Below are positions 17,398 to 26,759 of a stretch of DNA of 32,000 bases, in pieces. The notes below the pieces were generated by a model that ran no database searches, was not told where the DNA came from, and saw nothing but the letters and a program-made list of their open reading frames with translations. The first letter of the stretch is position 1, and each line of letters begins with the position of its first letter. Source of the stretch: Ancylomarina euxinus. Its GTDB lineage: Bacteria > Bacteroidota > Bacteroidia > Bacteroidales > Marinifilaceae. The translations under genes and the position numbers were made by a program. The stretch covers positions 68,879-100,878 of the forward strand of contig NZ_QQWG01000011.1 in assembly GCF_003863355.1 (NCBI RefSeq), in the 5' to 3' direction.

Positions 17398-17405
17398 TAT
17401 ATTTG
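17398..17405 (+). promoter_or_regulatory. Candidate -7 promoter box TATATTTG upstream of apbC
   Basis: Exact TAnnTTTG match about 120 nt before the ATG at 17526. It is the only such box in this spacer. Confidence 0.25.
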
Positions 17406-17525
17406 TCGACAGTTAAATAATTAAAGGGTCAATCAGTTAAAGAGAGGTTTTTTTCAGAACAAAATTTACAGATTTTATTCGCCCCTCATTCACTTTTTAA
17501 CTCAATTACACATACATTCATTAAC

Positions 17526-18623
17526 ATGACATATACTAACAAGCAAGTTACCGATGCTTTAAAACTCGTAAAGTTTCCAGGTAGCGATCAGGATATTATT
17601 AGCCTCGACATGGTTCGTAATATGAAGATTGAAGGCAAAAAAATTGCATTCGATTTAGTTTTCCAAAAGTCAGACGATCCGAATATCATTCCTTTAAAGA
17701 AGGCTTGTGTGACTAATATCTTACGATTCGTCGATAAGGATGCTGAAATCAAAGGAAACATTAAGGTGAAGGCTGTTCATATTGTTGAAGCACCTTCGGT
17801 ATTGCCTAATGTAACCAATATTATTGCAATTGCTTCGGGTAAGGGGGGTGTTGGTAAATCAACTATTGCTTCAAATCTAGCAGTTGCTTTGGCTAAGGCT
17901 GGTAAAAAAGTTGGTCTTATTGATGCTGATATCTACGGACCTTCAGTTCCTAAAATGTTTGGTTCGGAGGATGCAAGTCCAAAACTAACCCATATTGATG
18001 GTAAGGATAGAATTGAGCCACACGAGCGCTATGGCGTTAAGATGCTATCTATTGGTTTCTTTGTTGATCCGGCTCAGGCAACCGTGTGGAGAGGCCCTAT
18101 GGCTTCGAATGCGCTTAAGCAGATGATTGAAGAAGGTAACTGGGGCGAACTTGATTTCGTCTTAATCGATCTTCCTCCTGGAACATCGGATATTCACCTG
18201 ACTTTGGTACAAACTGTTCCTGTAACAGGTGCTATTGTAGTAAGTACTCCTCAAGATGTAGCATTGGCCGATGCTGTAAAAGGGATCAACATGTTCGAAG
18301 GCGCTGGTGTTAATGTGCCTATTTTAGGGCTAGTTGAAAATATGGCTTGGTTTACTCCAGCTGAATTACCAAACAACAAGTACTATATTTTCGGTAAGGA
18401 TGGTTGTAAAAAACTGGCTGAAGAAAAAGGATTGAACCTATTAGGACAAATTCCAATTGTTCAAAGCATTCGCGAAGGTGGTGACAATGGTGCTCCTGCA
18501 GCATTGAACGAAGATTCAGTTACAGGTATGGCTTTCGCCGATTTGGCAAGCAAACTAATGGCATCTGTTGAAGACAGAAACAAGAATCAGAATCCAACGG
18601 CTAAAGTTGAGATGACAAGATAA
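17526..18623 (+). CDS. apbC: Mrp/NBP35-family iron-sulfur cluster carrier ATPase
   Basis: N-terminal DUF59/MIP18-like segment followed by a deviant Walker A (IASGKGGVGKST), IDADIYGPS and LIDLPPGTSD. Confidence 0.9.
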   Translation: MTYTNKQVTDALKLVKFPGSDQDIISLDMVRNMKIEGKKIAFDLVFQKSDDPNIIPLKKACVTNILRFVDKDAEIKGNIKVKAVHIVEAPSVLPNVTNIIAIASGKGGVGKSTIASNLAVALAKAGKKVGLIDADIYGPSVPKMFGSEDASPKLTHIDGKDRIEPHERYGVKMLSIGFFVDPAQATVWRGPMASNALKQMIEEGNWGELDFVLIDLPPGTSDIHLTLVQTVPVTGAIVVSTPQDVALADAVKGINMFEGAGVNVPILGLVENMAWFTPAELPNNKYYIFGKDGCKKLAEEKGLNLLGQIPIVQSIREGGDNGAPAALNEDSVTGMAFADLASKLMASVEDRNKNQNPTAKVEMTR

Positions 18624-18691
18624 TTATGAAGGTCAAAAAGTCGAACAGTCCAATGGTCTGAACGTCTGAAGGATCACAGTACATATAGAAA

Positions 18692-18722
18692 AGCACCTTC
18701 GGTTTCGGGAGGTGCTTTTTTT
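18692..18722 (+). terminator. Intrinsic terminator after apbC
   Basis: AGCACCT / AGGTGCT 7-bp stem with an 11-nt loop, followed by TTTTTT. Confidence 0.7.
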
Positions 18723-18857
18723 ATGGATAGCAAGCTTCAAAATCCGAGTCCGAAAAAGAAGTTATAAACAAGTAAAACACCCGTGACACAGAATATTAAA
18801 CATACCCTAGCACTGACACAGAGTTATGAACAATGTCGCAGCAAACGTCCTAAGTGT

Positions 18858-19025
18858 CTTGTAAAGACTCCTGCACTTTGCAAGAAAGGTTATAAACCCT
18901 TTCTAAACCTTCTCGTAAGCTGCAGTAAGCTTTCTAAAAACCTTGTGACCATCCCTGCAAGCTGCAGGAAGCTTTCTAAAGGCCTTGCGACTGTCCCTGG
19001 TGTATGCAAGGAACATCATAAAGCC
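18858..19025. repeat. Four contiguous, degenerate 42-bp tandem repeat units (starts 18858, 18900, 18942, 18984)
   Basis: Aligned by eye, with conserved columns CTT..., TGCA.GAA and T.TAAA..C. Units 2 and 3 share 20/21 nt: AGCTGCAG(T/G)AAGCTTTCTAAA at 18918..18938 and 18960..18980. The period is exactly 42. Confidence 0.7.
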
Positions 19026-19078
19026 TTTAGAATCTTCTTAACAAACTGAAGGGAAACCAACAACCTTTTAAAAGGCAT

Positions 19079-19113
19079 AAAAAAAGCCCCAATCGCATGA
19101 AACGATTGGGGCT
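19079..19113 (-). terminator. Intrinsic terminator after metG
   Basis: Perfect 11-bp stem AGCCCCAATCG / CGATTGGGGCT with loop CATGAAA. An A7 run on the plus-strand side gives a U tract on the minus-strand transcript. It lies about 20 nt past the metG stop. Confidence 0.8.
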
Positions 19114-19134
19114 ATATCTTCAAAACGTATCTGC

Positions 19135-21165
19135 TTATCGGACTTCCGAACCAGCTGCAACAGCTTGCTCTGGAGAAACGAATGCCAATTTACCATCAGC
19201 ATCTTCAGCCATCAGAATCATACCTTGCGATTCAATTCCTTTTAATTTACGTGGCTCAAGATTCATCAAAACACTCACTTGTTTACCAATAATCTCTTCA
19301 GGCTTATAATGCTCTGCAATACCCGAAACAATGGTTCTGATATCGATACCTGTATCCACAGTCAGTTTTAACAATTTCTTAGTCTTAGCTACTTTCTCTG
19401 CTTCAGTAATGGTTCCAACACGAACATCCATTTTCATGAAATCGTCGAAGTTGATATTCTCCTTAACAGGAACAGCCACTCTATTTTCCAATTCATTGGC
19501 AAGCTTAGTTGCTTCCAATTTATCAACTTGTGCCTGAATCGTCTCGTCCTCGATCTTCTCGAACAATAGTTCAGGCTTATTAATTTGATGACCAGCAGGA
19601 AGAGCATCAGCAGTTACATCTGCCCACTCTATACGATCCATATTAAGGAAACCACGAAGTTTTTCAGCCGTAAATGGCAAGAAAGGCTCCATTAATGTAC
19701 TCAAGGTAGCTGAAATTTGTAAAGAGATATTCAGAATGGTTTTTACACGTTCCTCATCGGTTTTAATCACCTTCCAAGGTTCGGTATCAGCTAAATATTT
19801 GTTACCCAAACGCGCTAATGTCATTGCGACCTTTAGGGCCTCACGAAAGTGGAAGGTCTCTAAATTCTTTTCGATATCAGCCTTAATCACAGGTATCTGA
19901 GCCAATGTTTCTTTATCGAAATCAGTCAACTCGCCAGCTTCTGGAACTAAACCTCCAAAATATTTGTGAGTCAAAACAAGTGCACGGTTCACAAAGTTTC
20001 CAAAGATTGCAACTAACTCATTATTGTTACGAGCTTGGAAATCCTTCCAGGTAAAGTCGTTATCCTTAGTTTCAGGTGCATTTGCAGTTAAAACGTAACG
20101 CAACACATCCTGCTTCTCAGGGAATTCTTCAAGATATTCGTGCAACCATACTGCCCAGTTACGAGAAGTCGAGATCTTATCACCTTCCAGATTTAAGAAT
20201 TCATTAGATGGTACGTTATCAGGTAAAATGTAAGATCCTTCAGCTTTAAGCATAGCTGGAAAAATAATACAGTGGAATACAATATTATCCTTACCAATAA
20301 AGTGAATCATTCTTGAATCTTCAGCTTTCCAATACTTTTCCCAATCAGGTGTATGCTCCTTAGTTGCTGAAATATATCCGATAGGTGCATCGAACCAAAC
20401 GTAAAGGACTTTACCATCAGCTCCCTCAACAGGAACAGGCACACCCCAATTTAAATCACGGGTTACTGCTCTTGGGTGCAAACCATTGTCTAACCACGAC
20501 TTGCATTGTCCGTAAACATTTGGCTTCCATTCTTTATGCTCCTCTAGAATCCACTGTTTCAAATGTGGTTCATACTTATCAAGAGGCAAATACCAATGCT
20601 TGGTTTCCTTCAACTCTGGCTTATTTCCCGTAATCGCTGAACGAGCATCAATCAAGTCAGTTGCATTTAATGATGTCCCACAGCTTTCGCATTGGTCTCC
20701 ATAAGCTTTCTCGTTTTTACAATGAGGACAAGTCCCTGTAATGTATCGGTCAGCCAAAAACTGATTGGCTTCAGCATCGTAAAATTGCTCCGAAGTTTTC
20801 TCAACAAATTCACCCTTATCATGAAGGGTTTTGAAAAACTCAGTTGCCGTTTCATGATGGATTTTCGAACTAGTTCTGGAATACACATCGAATGAAATTC
20901 CGAATTTCTCGAAAGAATCCTTTATAATGTTATGGTATTTATCAACCACATCCTGTGGAGAAATACCTTCTTTTTTTGCTTTAATGGTAATGGGTACACC
21001 GTGTTCGTCCGAACCACCAATTAACAACACATCCTCACCTTTCATACGCATATAACGCACATAAATATCAGCAGGAACATAAACGCCCGCTAAATGACCA
21101 ATATGCACTGGCCCATTCGCATACGGAAGAGCAGTAGTAACAAGTGTTCTGTTAAATTTTGTCAT
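19135..21165 (-). CDS. metG: Methionine--tRNA ligase with C-terminal tRNA-binding (EMAP/Trbp111-like) domain
   Basis: HIGH motif (PVHIGHLAG), Zn knuckles CPHCKNE...CESCG, and a KMSKS-like KISTS. The C-terminal domain has the MDVRVGTI...[10 protein letters not shown] pattern. Confidence 0.95.
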   Translation of the reverse strand: MTKFNRTLVTTALPYANGPVHIGHLAGVYVPADIYVRYMRMKGEDVLLIGGSDEHGVPITIKAKKEGISPQDVVDKYHNIIKDSFEKFGISFDVYSRTSSKIHHETATEFFKTLHDKGEFVEKTSEQFYDAEANQFLADRYITGTCPHCKNEKAYGDQCESCGTSLNATDLIDARSAITGNKPELKETKHWYLPLDKYEPHLKQWILEEHKEWKPNVYGQCKSWLDNGLHPRAVTRDLNWGVPVPVEGADGKVLYVWFDAPIGYISATKEHTPDWEKYWKAEDSRMIHFIGKDNIVFHCIIFPAMLKAEGSYILPDNVPSNEFLNLEGDKISTSRNWAVWLHEYLEEFPEKQDVLRYVLTANAPETKDNDFTWKDFQARNNNELVAIFGNFVNRALVLTHKYFGGLVPEAGELTDFDKETLAQIPVIKADIEKNLETFHFREALKVAMTLARLGNKYLADTEPWKVIKTDEERVKTILNISLQISATLSTLMEPFLPFTAEKLRGFLNMDRIEWADVTADALPAGHQINKPELLFEKIEDETIQAQVDKLEATKLANELENRVAVPVKENINFDDFMKMDVRVGTITEAEKVAKTKKLLKLTVDTGIDIRTIVSGIAEHYKPEEIIGKQVSVLMNLEPRKLKGIESQGMILMAEDADGKLAFVSPEQAVAAGSEVR

Positions 21166-21482
21166 CTGAAAAAAGAGGTTTTAAAAGATCTTCATTCAAC
21201 TAGGGAGATCAATTTGTCCCAAGGAACTTTGCAAAGACCTTAAGTATTAATAATGAAATTGTTTACGAGTTTTTGATTAATGAATCAGTCTCGGAAGCGC
21301 AAAGATAAAATAGAATTAACAATTTCAAGCATTTAGCTTTGAAATGATTCGGGATTCATTTCATCTCAATTAGGGATTTTATTGCTAATTTGTAATTTCT
21401 TAATTAACAAGATCAATAATCAGATGTCTTGAATTCAAATAAACTGGATTATAATGATTTGATTATATAAAAAAAGACATAT

Positions 21483-22388
21483 ATGTTTCAACCTTCTGCC
21501 CTAAAAAAAGGGGATAAAATAGGCATTGTTGCGCCAGCTGGAAAAATCGCGAAGCAAAAAATTCTCACGGCTCAAAAAGTACTCGAATCACTAAGTTACG
21601 AAGTTATACTTGGTAAGCATATTTTCGATGAACATCATATATTTGCTGGTACTGATAAAGATAGAGCTAAAGATTTTCAATTCATGCTCGACCATGAAGA
21701 GGTGAAAGCGATTCTTTGCGCTCGTGGTGGATATGGCAGTATTCGTATCATTGATAAGCTTCGTTTTGATGGCTTCGAAAAGCATCCTAAACTATTGATT
21801 GGCTTTAGTGATATTACCATTTTCCATGCTCGATTGAATCATCTTCACTTTGGAAGCTTGCATGCAACTATGCCCATCAATTTTACCGAGAATTTAACTG
21901 ATTCCAGTTCCTTACAAAAACTCACTGATTACTTGGAAGGAAAAATAACAAACTATCAAATACCTCATCACAATCTCAATAGATCAGGTTCTAGTGAAGC
22001 CGAACTCGTTGGTGGAAATTTATCAATTATTTGTAGCCTTAACGCAACAGACTACGAACTTAATACACACAACAGAATTCTTTTTATCGAAGATTTGAAT
22101 GAGGATTTATATCATTTAGATCGCTTAATGCTAAGTCTAAAGCTAAGTGGAAAATTAGCTCACCTCGAAGGTCTTATTATTGGTGGTATGAGCGATATGA
22201 AAGATGGAGAAACGCCTTTCGGGAAAACAGCCTATGAGATTATTAAAGAGAGTGTTCAGGAGTATAACTTTCCTGTCATTTTTGATTTCCCTGCAGGACA
22301 CATCGATGAAAATTGGCCCTTACCTCTGGGCAAAAAAGTGAAGTTCGAGGTGAGTGAAAAGGATGTGAAGCTGAGTTGGAAAAACTAA
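21483..22388 (+). CDS. ldcA: LD-carboxypeptidase (peptidase S66, muramoyl-tetrapeptide carboxypeptidase)
   Basis: Motifs LKKGDKIGIVAP, ARGGYGS, GFSDIT (nucleophile Ser) and FPAGH. Confidence 0.85.
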   Translation: MFQPSALKKGDKIGIVAPAGKIAKQKILTAQKVLESLSYEVILGKHIFDEHHIFAGTDKDRAKDFQFMLDHEEVKAILCARGGYGSIRIIDKLRFDGFEKHPKLLIGFSDITIFHARLNHLHFGSLHATMPINFTENLTDSSSLQKLTDYLEGKITNYQIPHHNLNRSGSSEAELVGGNLSIICSLNATDYELNTHNRILFIEDLNEDLYHLDRLMLSLKLSGKLAHLEGLIIGGMSDMKDGETPFGKTAYEIIKESVQEYNFPVIFDFPAGHIDENWPLPLGKKVKFEVSEKDVKLSWKN

Positions 22389-22428
22389 ATCCAATGCAAA
22401 GAGATGCGTGTATCAAATACTCAAGACT

Positions 22429-22794
22429 ATGGCAGAACACAACGATTTAGGTAAATTAGGAGAAGATTTGGCGACTAAGCACATGATGAGCAAAGGCTAT
22501 AAAATTCTGGATCGCAACTGGATTTATCAGAAAAAGGAATTGGATATTGTTGCTACAGATGGTGAGTTTCTCGTTATTGTTGAGGTCAAATCGCGTTCAA
22601 CGGATTACTTTGAACATCCATCTGATGCCATTACACTACCAAAAATCAAATTTCTGTGTCGTGCTACTCAAGCCTATGTCGACCTGAAAGATGTTGAAAT
22701 GGAAGTCCGTTTCGATGTGATTTCAGTGATTAAGCGAAATGAAAAATACGATATTGAACACATAGAAGATGCCTTTATCGCTCCCATAGACTAA
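22429..22794 (+). CDS. YraN-family (UPF0102) putative endonuclease
   Basis: Motifs GKLGEDLA...GYKILDRNW...ELDIVA...LVIVEVKSR. I prefer the ATG at 22429 over the GTG at 22408. Confidence 0.8.
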   Translation: MAEHNDLGKLGEDLATKHMMSKGYKILDRNWIYQKKELDIVATDGEFLVIVEVKSRSTDYFEHPSDAITLPKIKFLCRATQAYVDLKDVEMEVRFDVISVIKRNEKYDIEHIEDAFIAPID

Positions 22795-22831
22795 TTAATA
22801 ATTGCTCATTGTAAATTTCGAATTGAATACC

Positions 22832-23185
22832 ATGAATATTGAAGAATTAAGAGACTACTGCCTTTCAAAAAAAGGAGTCACCGAAGGTTTTCCATTTGAC
22901 CAAGAGGTCCTTGTTTTTAAAGTAATGAACAAGATATTTCTGCTTACAAATATCAATAAAGATCTAAGTATGAGTGTAAAATGTGATCCAGAACTAGCAG
23001 TGGAATTACGCGAACAATTCCCTCAAGTATTACCAGGCTGGCACTTAAATAAAAAGCACTGGAATATGATTGCCATTGATGGTTCAATTTCGAATAATAA
23101 GCTCAAAGAGTGGATCGATCACTCATATGATTTAATCGTTTCTAGCTTAACTAAAAAGCTACAAAATGAGCTATTAAGCATGTAA
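22832..23185 (+). CDS. MmcQ/YjbR-family DNA-binding protein
   Basis: Motifs LRDYCLSKKGVTEGFPFD...VFKV.NKIF and KHWNMI. I prefer the ATG at 22832 over the TTG at 22802. Confidence 0.7.
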   Translation: MNIEELRDYCLSKKGVTEGFPFDQEVLVFKVMNKIFLLTNINKDLSMSVKCDPELAVELREQFPQVLPGWHLNKKHWNMIAIDGSISNNKLKEWIDHSYDLIVSSLTKKLQNELLSM

Positions 23186-23248
23186 ATAGTTCAGTAATCT
23201 TAATATCTTTCCATCCGGAATTAAATACTCAACCATAAAACAACAATC

Positions 23249-24457
23249 ATGAATTTTAAACAATTAAGCGTTATTGCACTTTCTTTGACATTATGTGGTC
23301 AAGGACAAGCATTCGCAAAGAAGAAAAAAACAATTGAACCAGAAGGCTTCAAGTTTACTAGCGTTGTTGATGTTCCTACAACAGAAGTTCGTAATCAGGA
23401 AAGTACTGGAACTTGTTGGGCTTTTGCAACAACTTCATTTATCGAAACGGAATTGATTCGTTTAGGTGCTGGAAATATCGATTTATCAGAGATGTTCACT
23501 GTACGTCATGCCTATTCTCAAAAAGCTCTACGTTATTTCCGACTTCATGGAAAAGGCAACTACAGCGAAGGAGGTCAGGCTCATGATGTCTTAAATGTGG
23601 TGAAGGAATTTGGTTTTCTTCCAGAAACAGCTTATTCGGGAAATCAGTATCAAAGTGATTACCATATTCATCAGGAAATGGTAAAATCTACCAAAGCGAT
23701 GTTAGATCAGATTGTAACAAATCCTAACAAGACAATTACTCCTGTGTGGGAAAAATCTGTTAATGGTGTTTTAGACACCTATATGGGTGCTGCTCCGGAA
23801 AAATTTGAATCAAATGGGCAGGCTATTTCTCCAGTAGAGTACATGAAAAATACGGGTTTCAATCCCAATGAGTATATCGAGTTAACTTCATACTCACATC
23901 ATCCTTTTTATAAGAAAATGAATCTTGAAATTCCAGATAACTGGTCTGATGATTTGTATTACAACCTTCCAATTGATGAATTAATGTCGGTGATGGATAA
24001 TGCATTAACCAATGGGTATTCAGTATGCTGGGATGGTGATGTAAGCGAAAAAGGCTTCTCACATCGTAATGGAGTTGCTATTCTTCCTGAGGCTAATGTT
24101 AAGGAAATGACTAACTCAGAAATTGAAAAGTGGGATGCCATGTCTGCTAAAGAAAAAAAGGCTTCTTTATATAAATTCAATAAACCTGGAACTGAGCAAA
24201 AAGTTGATCAAGCTTTAAGACAATCAACTTTCAATAACTATCAGACGACTGATGATCACTTGATGCATTTAACTGGTATCGTAAAAGATCAGAATGGAAC
24301 TCGTTATTACAAGACTAAAAACTCATGGGCTAAGAACTCAAACAAGATGGGTGGCTATCTAAACATGAGTGAGTCATATGTACGTCTTAAAACTGTTGCC
24401 ATCATGGTGCACAAGGATGCAATTCCTGCAGAGTTAAAAACGAAATTGGGATTATAA
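23249..24457 (+). CDS. Secreted C1-family cysteine peptidase (aminopeptidase C / bleomycin-hydrolase-like)
   Basis: Signal peptide (ALSLTLCGQGQAFA). Catalytic Cys context NQESTGTCWAF, His in DDHLMHL, and an Asn-Ser-Trp box (KNSWA). Confidence 0.8.
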   Translation: MNFKQLSVIALSLTLCGQGQAFAKKKKTIEPEGFKFTSVVDVPTTEVRNQESTGTCWAFATTSFIETELIRLGAGNIDLSEMFTVRHAYSQKALRYFRLHGKGNYSEGGQAHDVLNVVKEFGFLPETAYSGNQYQSDYHIHQEMVKSTKAMLDQIVTNPNKTITPVWEKSVNGVLDTYMGAAPEKFESNGQAISPVEYMKNTGFNPNEYIELTSYSHHPFYKKMNLEIPDNWSDDLYYNLPIDELMSVMDNALTNGYSVCWDGDVSEKGFSHRNGVAILPEANVKEMTNSEIEKWDAMSAKEKKASLYKFNKPGTEQKVDQALRQSTFNNYQTTDDHLMHLTGIVKDQNGTRYYKTKNSWAKNSNKMGGYLNMSESYVRLKTVAIMVHKDAIPAELKTKLGL

Positions 24458-24500
24458 TTTGATTCTGACATACGGATATCAGAATTAAAACTGAGTAAAG

Positions 24501-24530
24501 GTTCGGAGTATAAACTCCGGACTTTTTTTT
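24501..24530 (+). terminator. Intrinsic terminator after the peptidase gene
   Basis: GTTCGGAGT / ACTCCGGAC 9-bp stem (one G-U) with loop ATAA, followed by T8. Confidence 0.75.
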
Positions 24531-24822
24531 GTTTTCTGTATTACGAAACGATTTCAATTATTTTACAAAAAAACAATACAACATAATTTAAACTGTCAGA
24601 TTTAAACAACAAATTCCAAACAATTTGCTTACTGCCAATTAAACAAAGATCCTGATTGGTCAGATTTTAATTTCAAGGCGCGTCCTAGTTTACAATAACA
24701 CAAGGCAACTAAATATGAATTGCATCAAAAAGATTATAGAGCATATTATTTCATGAATAAAATATAAGAAAAAATGTATATAATTGTTAACCCAATTATA
24801 ACCACTACTAACTAAGTTAATC

Positions 24823-25359
24823 ATGAAACCCCTAAGTAATTCCATTCTAAAGCAATTTAGAAATGGAGATAATTTCGCCTTTAAAAAGATATACGAACGC
24901 TATTTTGATGCGTTGTATCTTTTTGGAATGAAATACATCTCAACCCAAGATGTAATGGAAGATATTTTGCAAGAAATTTTCATTAAAGCTTGGGAAAAAA
25001 GAGCCTATTTCTTTCATGACTTAGCTTTAAAAGCTTTTCTATATAAATCTGTTAAAAACGCCTGCTTCAATCATATTGAACATCAATCCGTCAAAAAGAA
25101 GTTTGAAAACAGACATGATGAAAGTTCTTATGATGAGAATATTTTCTTTAGAAATATTATTGAAGAAGAGGTGAATCGTCAAATTTCTGAAGCGGTTCAA
25201 GAACTTCCCGAATCAGCTCGAATCATATATCTTCTAAGTTTGAATGGTGTTAAAAACAAAGAAATCGCTGAAGATTTGAAAATATCAATCAACACAGTCA
25301 AAACTCAAAAGCTGCGTGCTAATCGATTTTTAAAAGAAAAACTAAAAAAACAAAACTAG
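24823..25359 (+). CDS. ECF-type RNA polymerase sigma-70 factor
   Basis: 178 aa. Region 2 (FKKIYERYFDALYLFGMKY...DILQEIFIKAW) and a region 4 HTH (KNKEIAEDLKISINTVKTQ). It is followed by FecR and SusC genes. Confidence 0.9.
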   Translation: MKPLSNSILKQFRNGDNFAFKKIYERYFDALYLFGMKYISTQDVMEDILQEIFIKAWEKRAYFFHDLALKAFLYKSVKNACFNHIEHQSVKKKFENRHDESSYDENIFFRNIIEEEVNRQISEAVQELPESARIIYLLSLNGVKNKEIAEDLKISINTVKTQKLRANRFLKEKLKKQN

Positions 25360-25400
25360 TTAAATTCCTTATAACTAGACAGACGAGCTATAATTTTCAA

Positions 25401-25440
25401 AAAAAGGGGTGATAAAAAGATATTTTTGTCACCCCTTTTT
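25401..25440 (+). terminator. Strong hairpin/terminator-like element between the sigma and anti-sigma genes
   Basis: AAAAAGGGGTGATAAAAA-GATA-TTTTTGTCACCCCTTTTT forms an 18-bp stem with one G-U. It has A5 on the 5' side and T5 on the 3' side, so it is symmetric. Confidence 0.55.
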
Positions 25441-25488
25441 CAATTTTACCTGTTTAAGCCTATACAAACTACTAATACTAACAAGAAG

Positions 25489-26664
25489 ATGAATAAATTA
25501 AATTCCTCATTTAAAATTGCTAACCTTATTACAAAGAGACTAAAAGGAAAATTATCTCTTGAAGAAGGGCTTGTTTTAGATGAATGGAAATACGAAAATA
25601 AAGAAAATTTAAACCTCTATCATAAACTCTCGAAAAACCCAGAAACAAACTATTTTAAAAATGAAGAGCAACTTGAAACAGTAAAAAAAGAAGAAATCTG
25701 GCATAAAATAAACACCAATTTACAAGAGAAAAAAACACGAAGAATAAGAACTGAATTTCTTAAATATGCTGCAAGCATTATTGTAATTGGTATTAGTACT
25801 TTCTTTTTAATTAATTCTATTCCAGACAAAGCAACAAAGAAAATTGCTCAAATTTCTCCTGGTAAAAACCAAGCTCTTTTAATGCGAGATAGGGGAGAAA
25901 CAATAATCCTTGATGAATTTGTTAAGCTTAAAGAAGATGGTTTAGAAATTAACAATGACGGGGGGCATTTGGTTTATACGAATAACGATAAAACCCCAAG
26001 GCAAGAAAAGATCACATATAATTCCTTAATTATACCCAAAGGAGGTGAATATAATCTTACTCTTAGTGATGGTACAAAGATTTGGCTTAATTCCAATTCA
26101 AAATTAAGATACCCTACCAAATTTTCGGGTAAAGAACGCCTTGTTGAACTGGAAGGTGAGGCCTATTTTGAAGTAAGCAAAAACAAAGATTTTCCATTTG
26201 TTGTGAAAATGAATGATATCCAAATAAAAGTTCTGGGAACTTCATTCAACGTTAATGCTTATTCTGAAGAGAATGAAGTTATCACCACGCTTATTGAAGG
26301 TAAAGTTGAAGTTAACGACAAACGAAGAAATCAGAAAGAGATACTTGCTCCCAATGATCAATTTTGTATCAATAAATACAATGGAAATTTCAAGAAAAAC
26401 AATGTAAATACAGATATCTATACAGCATGGAAAGATGGACGCTTTGTGTTTCACAATGAAAAACTTAAAGACATTATGACTCGTTTATCAAGATGGTATG
26501 ACGTCCAAGTCTTTTTTCAGAACAGCGAATCCAAAGATATTCGCTTTTCAGGAGATTTAGCTAGATATGAAGATTTCAAAAGTATCCTTGAAATGATAGA
26601 GTTCACTGAAAAGGTGACGTTTACGATAAAGAATAGAAGTGTTTTAGTAGAAAAAATTCATTAA
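25489..26664 (+). CDS. FecR-family anti-sigma factor / transmembrane sensor
   Basis: N-terminal cytoplasmic part, one TM helix (AASIIVIGISTFFLI), and a FecR domain (LSDGTKIWLNSNSKLRYP...LEGEAYFEV). The C-terminal segment is as in Bacteroidota FecR proteins. I prefer the ATG at 25489 because the tracked ORF start (25426) lies inside the hairpin. Confidence 0.9.
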   Translation: MNKLNSSFKIANLITKRLKGKLSLEEGLVLDEWKYENKENLNLYHKLSKNPETNYFKNEEQLETVKKEEIWHKINTNLQEKKTRRIRTEFLKYAASIIVIGISTFFLINSIPDKATKKIAQISPGKNQALLMRDRGETIILDEFVKLKEDGLEINNDGGHLVYTNNDKTPRQEKITYNSLIIPKGGEYNLTLSDGTKIWLNSNSKLRYPTKFSGKERLVELEGEAYFEVSKNKDFPFVVKMNDIQIKVLGTSFNVNAYSEENEVITTLIEGKVEVNDKRRNQKEILAPNDQFCINKYNGNFKKNNVNTDIYTAWKDGRFVFHNEKLKDIMTRLSRWYDVQVFFQNSESKDIRFSGDLARYEDFKSILEMIEFTEKVTFTIKNRSVLVEKIH

Positions 26665-26667
26665 AAA

Positions 26668-26700
26668 AATACGGAGAAAGCTTGCAACAATCTCCGTATT
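26668..26700 (+). other. Hairpin in the FecR-SusC spacer
   Basis: AATACGGAGA / TCTCCGTATT 10-bp perfect stem with a 13-nt loop. The T tract (TTTG) is weak, so its role as terminator, attenuator or RNA-stability element is unclear. Confidence 0.4.
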
Positions 26701-26759
26701 TGTCAATAAACATTTCTGTTAAAGCAGAAATGAATACTAACCAAATCATCTATAAAATT

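Noticed and set aside
18858-19025. CRISPR array
   Set aside because: The 42-bp units are contiguous and degenerate, with no unique spacers between conserved repeats. There are no cas genes in the window.
21166-21482. Riboswitch or T-box leader for metG in the metG-ldcA divergent spacer
   Set aside because: I saw no T-box specifier or antiterminator pattern and no SAM-riboswitch-like conserved core. There is only one TAnnTTTG-type box on the minus strand (plus-strand CAAAGATA at 21300..21307), without a -33 partner. That is too weak to report as a feature.
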